DNA from: Octopus sinensis
Lineage: Eukaryota
Reading direction: 5' to 3'
Length of the DNA stretch: 38,790 nucleotides
Assembly: GCF_006345805.1 (NCBI RefSeq)
Contig: NW_021836842.1
Span: 1 to 38,790 of the forward strand
Part shown: piece after piece, positions 11,273-21,949 of the stretch
Position numbering within the stretch: the first letter of the stretch is position 1
How the letters are laid out: every line of letters starts with the position of its first letter
Program-made: the position numbers and the translations under genes
The notes under the pieces: model-generated
Databases searched by the model: none
Told to the model about the DNA's origin: nothing
The model's input: only the letters and a program-made list of their open reading frames with translations

Positions 11273-11480
11273 TGTGTCTGTGTTTGTCCTCCTAGCATCG
11301 CTTGACAACCGATGCTGGTGTGTTTACGTCCCCGTCACTTAGCGGTTCGGCAAAAAGAGACCGATAGAATAAGTACTTGGCTTACAAAGAATAAGTCCCG
11401 GGGTCGATTTGCTCGACTAAAGGTGGTGCTCCAGCATGGCCGCAGTCAAATGACTGAAACAAGTAAAAGAGTAAAGAGTA
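11069..11480 (+). mobile_element. Family B SINE with internal (TA)n(TG)n microsatellite
   Basis: gtggtaagtagcttgctaaccaaccacatggttccgggttcagtccc head, internal microsatellite, and tail ...ggtgctccagcatggccgcagtcaaatgactgaaacaagtaaaagag. Confidence 0.9.
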
Positions 11481-11564
11481 ATGTTATCAAAAAAAAATAT
11501 GAAGAAAATACAGACAACTAAAATGTCAGCTACGTAACGATATCGATAACCACCGCAATCGTGG

Positions 11565-11944
11565 TACTCCGTCGGTTACGACAACGACGAGGGTTCCATT
11601 TGATCCGATCTACACAACAGCCTGCTCGTGAAATTAACGTGCAAGCGGCTGAGCACTCCACAGACACGTGTACCCTTAACGTAGTTCTCGGGGATATTCA
11701 GTGTGACACAGAGAGTGACAAGGCCGGCCCTTTGAAATACAGGTACAACAGAAACAGGAAGTAAGAGTGAGAGAAAGTTGTGGTGAAAGAGTACAGCAGA
11801 GATCACCACCATCCGCTGCCGGAGCCTCGTGGAGCTTTAGGTGTTTTTGCCCAATAAACACTCATAGCGCCCGGTATGGGAATCGAAACCGCGATCCTAT
11901 GACCGCGAGTCCGCTGCCCTAACCACTGGGCCATTGCGCCTCCA
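11565..11944 (-). mobile_element. Family A SINE (H1+T1), full length
   Basis: Aligns end to end with 5614-5985. Confidence 0.9.
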
Positions 11945-11985
11945 CGTCAGCTACGTAACGATATCGATAACCACTGCAAACGTGG

Positions 11986-12322
11986 TACTCCGTCGGTTAC
12001 GACGACGAGGGTTCCATTTGATCCGATCTACACAACAGCCTGCTCGTGAAATTAACGTGCAAGTGGCTGAGCACTCCACAGACACGTATACCCTTAACGT
12101 TGTTCTCGGGGAGATTTAGCGTAATACAGAAACAGGAAGAAAGAGTGAAAGAAAGTTATGGTGAAAGAATAGAGCAGGGTTCGCCACCAACCCCTTGTTG
12201 AGCTTTGTGGAGATTTAGGTGTCTTCGCCCAATAAACACTCACAATGCCCGGTCTAGGAAGTGAAACCGCGATCCTACGACCACGAGTCCGCTGCCCTAA
12301 CCACTGGGCTATTGTGCCTCCA
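11986..12322 (-). mobile_element. Family A SINE (H1+T1), more diverged, internal deletion
   Basis: Aligns with 11565-11944 but lacks the gtgacacagagagtgacaaggccggccc segment. Confidence 0.85.
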
Positions 12323-12329
12323 CACTCAA

Positions 12330-12428
12330 AGACGACCTCAGCCGAATCTGAATTCAGAACGTGAAGATGGACGAAACGCCGTTAAATATTTCGACCGGCG
12401 TGCTAACGATTGTGCCAGCTCGCCGCCT
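12330..12428 (-). mobile_element. Family D SINE 5' head fragment
   Basis: Reverse complement aaggcggcgagctggcacaatcgttagcacgccggtcgaaat...acgttctgaattcagattcggctgaggtcg. Confidence 0.65.
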
Positions 12429-13533
12429 TCACCTCCTTAATAATACTAAAAATAATTTCTTTTATTGGCCACAAGAACCAAAACTTTGAGGACAGTACGT
12501 AGAAAATTTCATATCGAGTATCAACAAAATAGTAGCCATTACCGCATATCCTCCTGGTTTTTCCTCTTCCTCTCCATCTTCTACTACTCTCCTCTTTCGA
12601 TCCACTTAGATTCACACAGCGAACTGCTTATGTTCTAATGAAGCTGCACAGTTCAGAATACGTATTTTAATATACAGTTAAAATAGTCTTTAGCACATTC
12701 CACAGCTCAAACGCTACTTCACCACCATCATGAACGTCAACAATAACACCAGCAACACTAGTGCTTTCTTCCACTAATATCAACAACAGACAACTCTGCC
12801 GTCAAAACAATCGCCATTGCTCTGACGTCAGATCTACCTCGACCTTCGCAGACATCATCACCACCAACACTTTTAACTTCCTCATTATCCGTTCTATCGA
12901 TATCAACACTCTCAGTACTGCTTCTGTAAGCTCTAGACTTATTTCTCTAAAAGACAATGGCATTCGATATCAGAACAACACCACAAAACCCCATGTTTTG
13001 TACCTCTTTTAATTGTGGCGGTGATGATTATGATGCCGAAATCGTAGTCAGTATCGACTTTATTTCTACATCATCAAATATCTCAATCAACACCCATTAC
13101 ATTGGTGTTACTATCATCATAATTAACACTCCATACATTGGTATCACAATGAAGATAACTATACTGGTATCACTATGACCAACTCTAACACATTCTTACA
13201 TTAGCACCAAATCTCTCTCACTCACGCACACACATACACACGCACACGCATACACACACACACTCACACACGCGCACCCTCCCACACAAGGACACACACA
13301 CATACTCACACACACACACAACACACACACAAACATGCTTATAATTGCGTATTCATAAACTAGATTATGCCCTTGTTTCTAAATGTTTCGTGCAGATGGC
13401 GCTGGTCAACCATAATTGCTGATGGGTCTGCTTATTAAACATTCAGCCATGTCTATGGTTGATTAGGAGCAGTTGCACGAAAACTTAAGGTATGAGCTAA
13501 AATTTCGGTTACAATCTACTCTCTCCTCATCGG

Positions 13534-13690
13534 TAGAGGCGATTAGCCTGGTGGTTGGGATGATCGGCTCATGTTCATATCACTATGAGATTAATTCGTG
13601 AACCAGGCAGTGCGAAGAGACCTTGAGCAAAACACTTTATTTCACGTTAGTGTAGCTTTCTACCTTCCAGTTGTCACAGCTCAGTTGTTC
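13534..13690 (+). mobile_element. Old, degenerate SINE head (H2 type)
   Basis: tagaggcgattagcctggtggttgg...ccttgagcaaaacactttatttcacgtt resembles the H2 head/body at 16940-17063 (reverse complement). Confidence 0.5.
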
Positions 13691-13899
13691 CTATTGGTCA
13701 TAGTTGAGAGAGCCAAGACAGGGTCTGTGTTTCATTGCTAGTAATTGGGCAACTAAAACAATTACCGAAAGCATGGTACACGATATCAAACTATACTCGC
13801 AAGCGAGTGTCGGTAGATTGCATTTTGTAGAAACTTCTAAAAAATGAATGCATACATTATAATATGAATATATATATGTGTGTATGTGTGTGCGTGTGT

Positions 13900-13934
<35 letters not shown>

Positions 13935-14036
13935 ATATATATATATATAATATATATATACATACATACACATATATATATGTATATATATATATATGCC
14001 TATTTATATATATGTATGTGCATATGTATGTATGCA

Positions 14037-14115
<79 letters not shown>

Positions 14116-14842
14116 ATATATATATATATATCTATATATATATATATATATATATTATATATTCACACACAAACAAGCAGTTACGTTTCGCAGAAAGGAA
14201 AACGGATGGAATAAAGACAAGGTTGATGGGAAGAAGAAATGCGAAGAGAGGCAAAAAGCAAGAAAATAGCAAGAGGATTTTGTAAAAGAACAAGTGGAGG
14301 AGATGGAAGATAAGTAGAAAGAAAACGATTAAAAACCAAAAAAAAAAGCGAGAAAACAGATGAAAATAGTGTAAGTAAAAATTTTTTAAAAAAAGGATGA
14401 AAAATGAGGAATAATAAAAAGAAAAAAATGATAAACCACAAAACAAAATGATGAAGTGGCAGGAGCAGGAGAACTCTATGAAGGAGAGGAGAGAGATACA
14501 ATTTAATTGCTATGCTATCGAAGGTAAGAAATGATACTGAATCTATCCGCAGCTGCTCATTAATAGCGTTTGGGAAAAGTTAGAGCGGGGTTGGTGGCAC
14601 AGAAGAACTTTGGTGCGAAATAAAGAGTCGGAAATTCGAAACTGAACACTTTGGGCTAGAAAGATGTGTGGTGTTCATCATTATACGTTATCTTGCTCAA
14701 TGCAAGTGTCTCATTTAAAAAAGATCTCGAATGAAAGTGTCATCTAAGAGGGTTAATGACCAATAATAAAAGATTGGGTTAAACTTTTATGTATTGTATG
14801 AAACGAGAAGGTTATAGAAACTAAAATGAAAAAGAAAGTAAA

Positions 14843-15216
14843 TCTCTCTATATATAAACGGCAGTTTGTCTGTGTGTGTTTCTGTGTGTCTGTCAGGTTG
14901 TACCCTCACCCTGACCACGGCTTTCAACCGATTCTGATGAAACTTGACACACACATAGCCGAATGTCATAATTCAAAACTAACATGGCGAAAATTTTGAA
15001 AGTTCCCCCAGTTCTGAAAAAAAATCGATAAATTCGACATGGAGTCGAGAATCAGAAACACAAACCACAGACTGTCTAGGGGACGCAACTCGACCTTTTT
15101 AACTAAAAAAAAAATTTACCATCATTTTTTTCCCCATTTTTTTGGATATAACTCTCTAAAAATGCTTTATAGTTATTTCCCTTACAAACCCGAGCAACGC
15201 CGGGCGATACTGCTAG
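14843..15216 (+). mobile_element. Short non-autonomous Helitron
   Basis: 5' A|TC(tctctatatataaa), a (GTCT/GT)-type stretch near the 5' end, GC-rich imperfect hairpin cccgagcaacgccggg, and 3' terminus CTAG|T. Inserted between A and T with no TSD, the Helitron signature. Confidence 0.8.
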
Positions 15217-15518
15217 TTTAAAATAAAATAAAATAAAATAAAATAAAATAAAATAAAATAAAATAAAATAAAAACTAAAGATCGTCAGTGTTAGCTGTTC
15301 AGTTATAATGCATTGGCGTAAGCGCAATCGCGCAGTTCGCTGACGCATACTTATACACAAACACGTTGACGCATGCACACAACGAACACGTGTTTAAGAT
15401 ACTGACAGTGACGAATGGGCAACACGTTGTGAGTTTCTGAAACAAAACTTGTATGCCGATAAACAGTTAGCCCGTCTTTATCCCAGCTTTGTAGTACAGT
15501 TTGTAGTACAGTTTTAAA

Positions 15519-16147
15519 GCGTGGGATTTTGGAAAACTGTCTTCTACTGTATACCGAGACATTGAGTGAGTTTGGTAATCGGAAACCGCAGAGGTCCGTA
15601 GTAATATACGTATATACACACACACACACACACACACAGACACACACAGACACACACACACACAAACACACACACATACACACACATACACACACAGACG
15701 CAGGACGCATATATGTAAGCATGCATATAATTATATATGTATGCATGATTGTACGTTTGTACGTATGTACGTATAGATTGGTATATAGATAAATAGATCG
15801 ATTGACTGAGTGATCGACTGGTTGATGGATGAATGGACAAATATTAATATATACCTTTATATTTACATTTTTTTGCGCTCTTTTAAAGCCTAGCCAGGTT
15901 CATGGGCCCGGCTTCCCATATTGTGTGTATGTATGGGGGAGTCTTTGCGTTTGCCCAGTCACTACTTGGCAACCAGTGTCAGTTTGTTTATATCCCCATA
16001 AACCAACAGTTCGGCAAAATACAACGAGAGGGTAAGTACCAAATTTAAAATATTAAACAATGAAGTCGATTCGCATGACTAAACTATTCATGGTAGTGCC
16101 AAAGGATGGCTGGAATCCAATGACTGAAACCAGTAGAGAATAAAAGA
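15519..16147 (+). mobile_element. Old family B SINE split in its microsatellite by the 221-bp inverted insertion
   Basis: The 5' half (~15519-15616: gtcttctactgtata...gtgagtttggtaatcggaaac) and 3' half (~15921-16147: ...ggcaaccagtgtc...ttcggcaaaa...aatgactgaaaccagtag) both align loosely, in + orientation, to family B. Confidence 0.6.
15697..15917. repeat. Inverted repeat, left arm (pairs with 17800-18020)
   Basis: Base-by-base comparison gives 220/221 identity to the reverse complement of 17800-18020, with no indels. Confidence 0.97.
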
Positions 16148-16382
16148 AAAAATTATGCGCTTATACATAACACACACACACACACACACACGAACACACA
16201 CACATACACACACACACACACATACACAGACAAATTAATGGGTGATGATAGAGATAAGGGAGATAAGCGGACAAGGTACAAATATTTAAATCAGCAAACA
16301 GGAAATCGAACTGTATTGTACGCCAAAAAAAATAATAATAAGCTCAAGGTAGAACAAAAATAGAAAATAGAAAGGATCTCAC

Positions 16383-16585
16383 CTGAGAATTTACTGTGTA
16401 AATAATCATCTTTACAAATGAACTTGTTCTCATCTAGTACATATAGTTCTTCTCCCGTTGATAGTTGCTTTCGACAAACCATACATGTGAAACACTTGAG
16501 ATGGAAGACTTTGCTACGTGCTCTCCGAACCAAATCATTGGGTGAGATACCCTGTGAACACCCTGCGCATTTCGTGCCGAATCTC
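16383..16585 (-). CDS. Lhx1: Internal coding exon of a LIM-homeobox gene, Lhx1/5 (Lim1) class; encodes the whole LIM2 domain
   Basis: Translation (R)[67 protein letters not shown](G) has all LIM zinc ligands (C-x2-C...H-x2-C-x2-C-x2-C...C-x2-D). It closely matches the vertebrate Lhx1/Lhx5 LIM2 as I recall it ([47 protein letters not shown]). Bounded by acceptor ttttgcag|G at 16585 and donor TCAG|gtgaga at 16383. Length 1+201+1 nt (phase 2 in, phase 1 out). In invertebrates the gene is the single Lhx1/5 orthologue. Confidence 0.95.
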
Positions 16586-16630
16586 CTGCAAAAATATGAA
16601 GGAATACATAAATAGATATTTAGATAAGAC
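16586..16630 (-). promoter_or_regulatory. 3' splice site region (pyrimidine tract, CAG, possible branch point) of the LIM2 exon
   Basis: Minus strand reads ...ttatctaaatatctatttatgtattccttcatatttttgcag|gag. The branch point (ctaAat-like) is inferred only. Confidence 0.75.
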
Positions 16631-16633
16631 AAA

Positions 16634-16735
16634 ATATATTACAAACAGAAGGCAACTGCATAAGCAATGCCTTTCAGAAAATTAGGAAAATTAAATTTGA
16701 TAACAGCTAAAAGAAAAGCAATATATTTAACATGT
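16634..16735. repeat. Direct repeat, left copy (pairs with 17070-17173), bracketing a SINE
   Basis: atatattacaaacagaaggcaactgcataagcaatgcc...gcaatatatttaacatgt; roughly 7 differences over ~103 bp. Confidence 0.92.
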
Positions 16736-16741
16736 TTTAAA

Positions 16742-17063
16742 GACTCCGCCGGTTACGACGACGAGGGTCCCAGCGGATCCGAATCAACGGAACAGCTTGC
16801 TCGTGAAATTAACGTGCAAATGGCTGAGCATTCCACAGACACGTGTACCCTTAACGTAGTTCTCGGGGATAATCAGCGTGACACAGAGAGTGACAAGGCT
16901 GACCCTTTTGAAATACAAGTACAACTCATTTTTGCCAGCTGAGTGGACTGGAGCAACGTGAAATAAAGTGTCTTGCTCAAGGACACAACGCGTCGCCGGG
17001 AATTGAACTCACAACCTTACGATCATGAGCCGAATGCCCTAACCACTAAGCCACGCGCCCTCA
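16742..17063 (-). mobile_element. Full-length SINE, head H2 + tail T1
   Basis: Minus strand tgagggcgcgtggcttagtggttagggcattcggc...gagttcaattcccgg...gtgtccttgagcaagacacttt, then the same tail as family A. Confidence 0.88.
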
Positions 17064-17069
17064 CTATAT

Positions 17070-17173
17070 ATATATTACAAACAGAAGGCAACTGCATAAG
17101 CAATGCCGTTGAGAAAATTAGGAAAAACTTAATTTGATAACAACTAAAAGAAAAAGCAATATATTTAACATGT
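17070..17173. repeat. Direct repeat, right copy (pairs with 16634-16735)
   Basis: See the left copy; starts 6 nt from the SINE 5' end. Confidence 0.92.
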
Positions 17174-17184
17174 ATTATAGAATC

Positions 17185-17610
17185 TGGCTGTGTGGTAAGT
17201 AGCTTGCTAACCAGCCACATGGTTCCGGGTTCAGTCCCACTGCGTGGCATCTTGGGCAAGTGTCTTCTGCTATAGCCCCGGGCCGACCAATGCCTTGTGA
17301 GTGGATTTGGTAGACGGAAACTGAAAGAAGCCTGTCGTATATATGTATATATATATATATATATAATATGTATGTGTGTGTGTGTGTGTTTGTGTGTCTG
17401 TGTTTGTCCCCCTAGCATTGCTTGACAACCGATGCTGGTGTGTTTCGTCCCCGTCACTTAGCGGTTCGCAAAAGAGACGATAGAATAAGTACTGGGCTTA
17501 CAATGAATAAGTCCTGGGTCGATATGCTCGACTAAAGGCGGTGCTCCAGCATGGCCGCAGTCAAATGACTGAAACAAGTAAAAGTGTAAAAGGGTAAAGA
17601 GTATAAAAGT
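17185..17610 (+). mobile_element. Family B SINE, near full length
   Basis: Aligns with 11069-11480 and shares variants with it (ttctgctatagc, ccaatgccttg, cctagcat). Confidence 0.9.
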
Positions 17611-17849
17611 GGAGGTGCGTGGCTTAGCGATTAGGGTGTCAGGATTATGATCCTAAGATTGTGGTTTCGATTCCTGGACCGGGCGACGCAAAACACTTCA
17701 TTTCACGTTGCTCCAGTCCACTCAGCTGGCAAGAATGAGTAACGCTGCGATGGACTGGCATCCCGTCCAGCTGTGGGGAACACATACGCCTTGGAAACCG
17801 GGAAGCCGGGCCCATGAACCTGGCTAGGCTTTAAAAGAGCGCAAAAAAA
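17610..17849 (+). mobile_element. SINE, head H2 + tail T2 (Meta/V-SINE-like domain)
   Basis: ggaggtgcgtggcttagcgattaggg...ggtttcgattcctgg head; gctgcgatggactggcatcccgtccag...gaaaccgggaagccggg resembles the Meta/V central domain (from memory). Confidence 0.8.
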
Positions 17850-18020
17850 TGTAAATATAAAGGTATATATTAATATTTGTCCATTCATCCATCAACCAAT
17901 CGATCACTCAGTCAATCGATCTATTTATCTATATACCAATCTATACGTACATACGTACAAACGTACAATCATGCATACATATATAATTATATGCATGCTT
18001 ACATATATGCGTCCTGCGTC
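17800..18020. repeat. Inverted repeat, right arm (pairs with 15697-15917)
   Basis: Comprises the last ~50 nt of the H2T2 SINE plus ~170 nt of its unique 3' flank. Confidence 0.97.
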
Positions 18021-18997
18021 CTTACATACATACATACTTACATACATACACACACACACATACATACATACACACACATACCTACATACATACATACATA
18101 CATACATACATACATACACACACACACATACCTACATACATACATACATACATACATACATACATACACACACACACATACCTACATACATACATACATA
18201 CATACATACATACATACATACATACATACATACATACATACATACATACATACATTTATGTATATGTAGTAAACCAACATTCATTTGGCGCTAAAACTAA
18301 ACTCGTTCGACACACTGGATTTCTTGAGGGGGGGGTAGGGCGGGGTTTCTGTTCAAAACAAAAGAAATAGGGAAGAAACTGAGAAGAAGAAAAAAAAAAG
18401 AGACGAGAAAAATATAAATAAAAGATCTGATTCAAATAGATTTTGAAAGAAAGGTGAATAGATATATGAAATCTATAGGGAAGTTATTAATGAGGTTGTT
18501 TTGCAAATTTTATCAACGCTTGAACACCAAAACGGCGAGCGAACCAACGGATCGTCGTATATATTGTTGATGGCATCTCAGACTCGTAAGGTGGTCATTG
18601 TTCTCCTTGAATCATTTGTTTTCCACACATTTCTAGACATATGCCTCTTCTGATCAATGAATGAATGAATGAACAGTACGTCAAGAGAAGTTCGTCGTAG
18701 TCGCTATTCTTCTCTTCTTTCTTTTTTTCTTCTTCTTCTTCTTCTATTTTCTTCTTTCTTCTTTTCTTATTCTTCTTCTTCTTCTTCTTTTCTTCTTCTC
18801 CTCCTCCTCCTCCTCTCCTCCTCTTCTCTTCTTCTTCTTCTTCTTCTTCTTCTCCTCTTCTCCTTCCTCCTCCTCCTTCACATAATAAATCTCAATCTCT
18901 CCGTGATTTTACGACAAAAATCTCTCTTCCTTTCGATATTTATAAATTTTCTTTTATTTTCTCTATTCACATCCGTTATCTTCTTCTTTATATATGT

Positions 18998-19037
<40 letters not shown>

Positions 19038-19048
19038 GTATATATATA

Positions 19049-19102
<54 letters not shown>

Positions 19103-19368
19103 TTTACTTCTATTCATGACTATCTGCTTTATTATGTTATAAGTACATCCCATTTTTCCGCCACCACATTCGCTTCGCTGTGCTCCAACGCTAGCCACAA
19201 TAAAGCATCCCACCTACCCACCAACCAGCCAACCAGCCAACCAGACGCGAACCTTGTTGGTTATGTACCCATCGCGTAGATAGAATAACATTCTGTATGG
19301 CAATTCATGTGTAGACATTCTTCTATGCAAATCCTTCACTCTCTCTCTCTCTCTCTTCTCTATCTATC

Positions 19369-19404
<36 letters not shown>

Positions 19405-19603
19405 GCTTTATCTCTGTATCTCTGTCCCTATCTATCTATCGCTCGCTCGCGCACGTACTTTCTTTCTTTTCTCTTTCTTACAACCCATTCATTTCTCAGA
19501 TCAACAGGTGAATAACCAGAAAACGACACAAAAAGCTATCTATCAAATCAGACAAACACAACAAACGCACTATTCACTTGCATACAAAACACACACACAA
19601 ACA

Positions 19604-19637
<34 letters not shown>

Positions 19638-19777
19638 ACACACACACACACCACACACACACACACACATGAATACATACACGCACGCACAAGCATAATG
19701 ACGCTGGCACCCATTGTGGAATAACCGTAGTTTCAGTTCGAATTTGGCAATATAAATCCTAATAAAACACACACACA

Positions 19778-19848
<71 letters not shown>

Positions 19849-20227
19849 CTAAGGGTGGACATTCATACGAACGGCCAGAGAGAGATAGATACATTGATAA
19901 AAGAATGGGACAATGAATGGATAAATACCTAAGATAGATGGTTAGAGAATGAATGACCGATGAGTCCTTGGTTGTATGTGCTACTGTATGTATGCGTCAG
20001 CATTTAACAGTATGCGCGTGTTCGGCGTCTGAGCGCGTGTATGGTTGCTTGAATACTTTACTTCAGAATATATCCATAGATTTTTATACAATAATATATC
20101 TATAAGCGTATTCAAAACCTTATCGTTATATGCGGTATCTTTCTGTTCACTAAGACATCGACTATAAAGACAAGGTGTTTTACGTCTATTTTGAGCATAT
20201 TTGTTATGCATACATACATACATACAT

Positions 20228-20275
<48 letters not shown>

Positions 20276-20741
20276 TATATATATATAATATATATATAAT
20301 ATATATATATACATATATATAGACATATACACATGCCGGAGTGAATAGATGTCTGTTCGTCTTCGCTAGGTAAGGTTGGTGGTTTATTTATGATGTGTTC
20401 AGAATCAGTTCTGCTGAGGATCATAAGACTAAGTTAAATGTGAAATCACGGTGATACAGAACTAAATTCATTTTTTAATGTCTTGCTTTGAAGAACTGCA
20501 TTTAGGTATGATTAGTGTAATTTTGGTAGTAATGACTTTGTCCCTCTTAGTGTGAGGCATTTATGTGTATTAATGCCCTCTATACAATATATATATAATA
20601 ATTTGTTCAAAAGAAAAAAATTATTTTCGAATTCTTTTCTTATGAGGTTTTTCACGCTAACTACCTGATAATTTCTTGTTAAGATCCCTTATTAAGAAGT
20701 TATCCTTAATTGTTAAACTTATTATATATATATAGACATAT

Positions 20742-20795
<54 letters not shown>

Positions 20796-20811
20796 TATAT
20801 ATATAAGTGTG

Positions 20812-20867
<56 letters not shown>

Positions 20868-21144
20868 TATTAAGTGTGTATGTATGTATATATATATATA
20901 TATGGACACAGATTCGAAATTGCAAAGAACTCGACTGAGGAAAGAAAACTCCAAATGATCCGTTCTTGTTTTTTCTTTGTATCGTCTATCTAGATGTTTT
21001 GTGTTCTTGTCCCATTCTGTATTATATATATGTGTGTATATTGTGTGTGTGTGTGTGTGTGTGTATGTATATATAGCAGCGTACGTACACTTCGGTCTCT
21101 TATATGTAATATATATATATATATTATATATATATATATGTATG

Positions 21145-21175
<31 letters not shown>

Positions 21176-21949
21176 ATATGTATGTACGTACGTACGTATG
21201 TATGTATGTATGTATGTATGGATGTACATGCACGCGTGTGCTTGCGTAAAATAAGCAGGAAACAGCTGTGGTATTCAAAGCTTTATAGGACATATAGCGT
21301 TTCGCGCGCACATCGGGATACCGTGTGTATCTATAAATAAAGGTATTTGTAAATGCATGCTATATTCAAACATTGAGTGTGAAAGTATGTATAACGTGCA
21401 TTTATCTTACTGTGAGATTATTTCGTATAATTTCGTCTACAGACAATTTAATCTGTGCTTGCAAAATCATGATTATGGCTAATTTGCTTACTCGTCAAAC
21501 AGATTCATTATTAAATATGTAGTTTCTTATTTATAAACACAGTATGGTACAAGTTGAGGGATACCTGATGCTATGTCTAACAAGGCGGGCGGCTATGTAA
21601 GAAGTTACCACGCTGGTTCATAAATTCATGACATTGATTTAACATGTCGTATCAGAGAGAATACTTTCGTAAAACCTGATCCGAGACGATGTTCACCGTA
21701 AAGTTTCATAATGAAAATTCAGCTGTTTTGTTTCCTGACTACAAGCGTGAAGTAAGAAATAGCCAGACGGTGCACAAGGATGGCTTTTTGGAATAGAGTT
21801 ATCCAAATGTGACAGAGGTATATTTGTGCCCGAAACTAGTGAAGCGTCAATTAAAACAAAGTAATGATACAGAGAAAGCTTACTACATGAAGTCACATGA
21901 ATACAGTGACACAGGCACAAGCCCACAGGTAGACACGCGCGCGCACACA

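Noticed and set aside
16583-16588. NAGNAG tandem acceptor (CAG GAG) that could drop one Arg
   Set aside because: GAG is a very poor acceptor; there is no evidence without transcripts.
16291-16632. The 113-aa ORF taken as a complete gene
   Set aside because: The N-terminal [15 protein letters not shown] and C-terminal EILSIFYF... parts are intron read-through; splice signals delimit 16383-16585.
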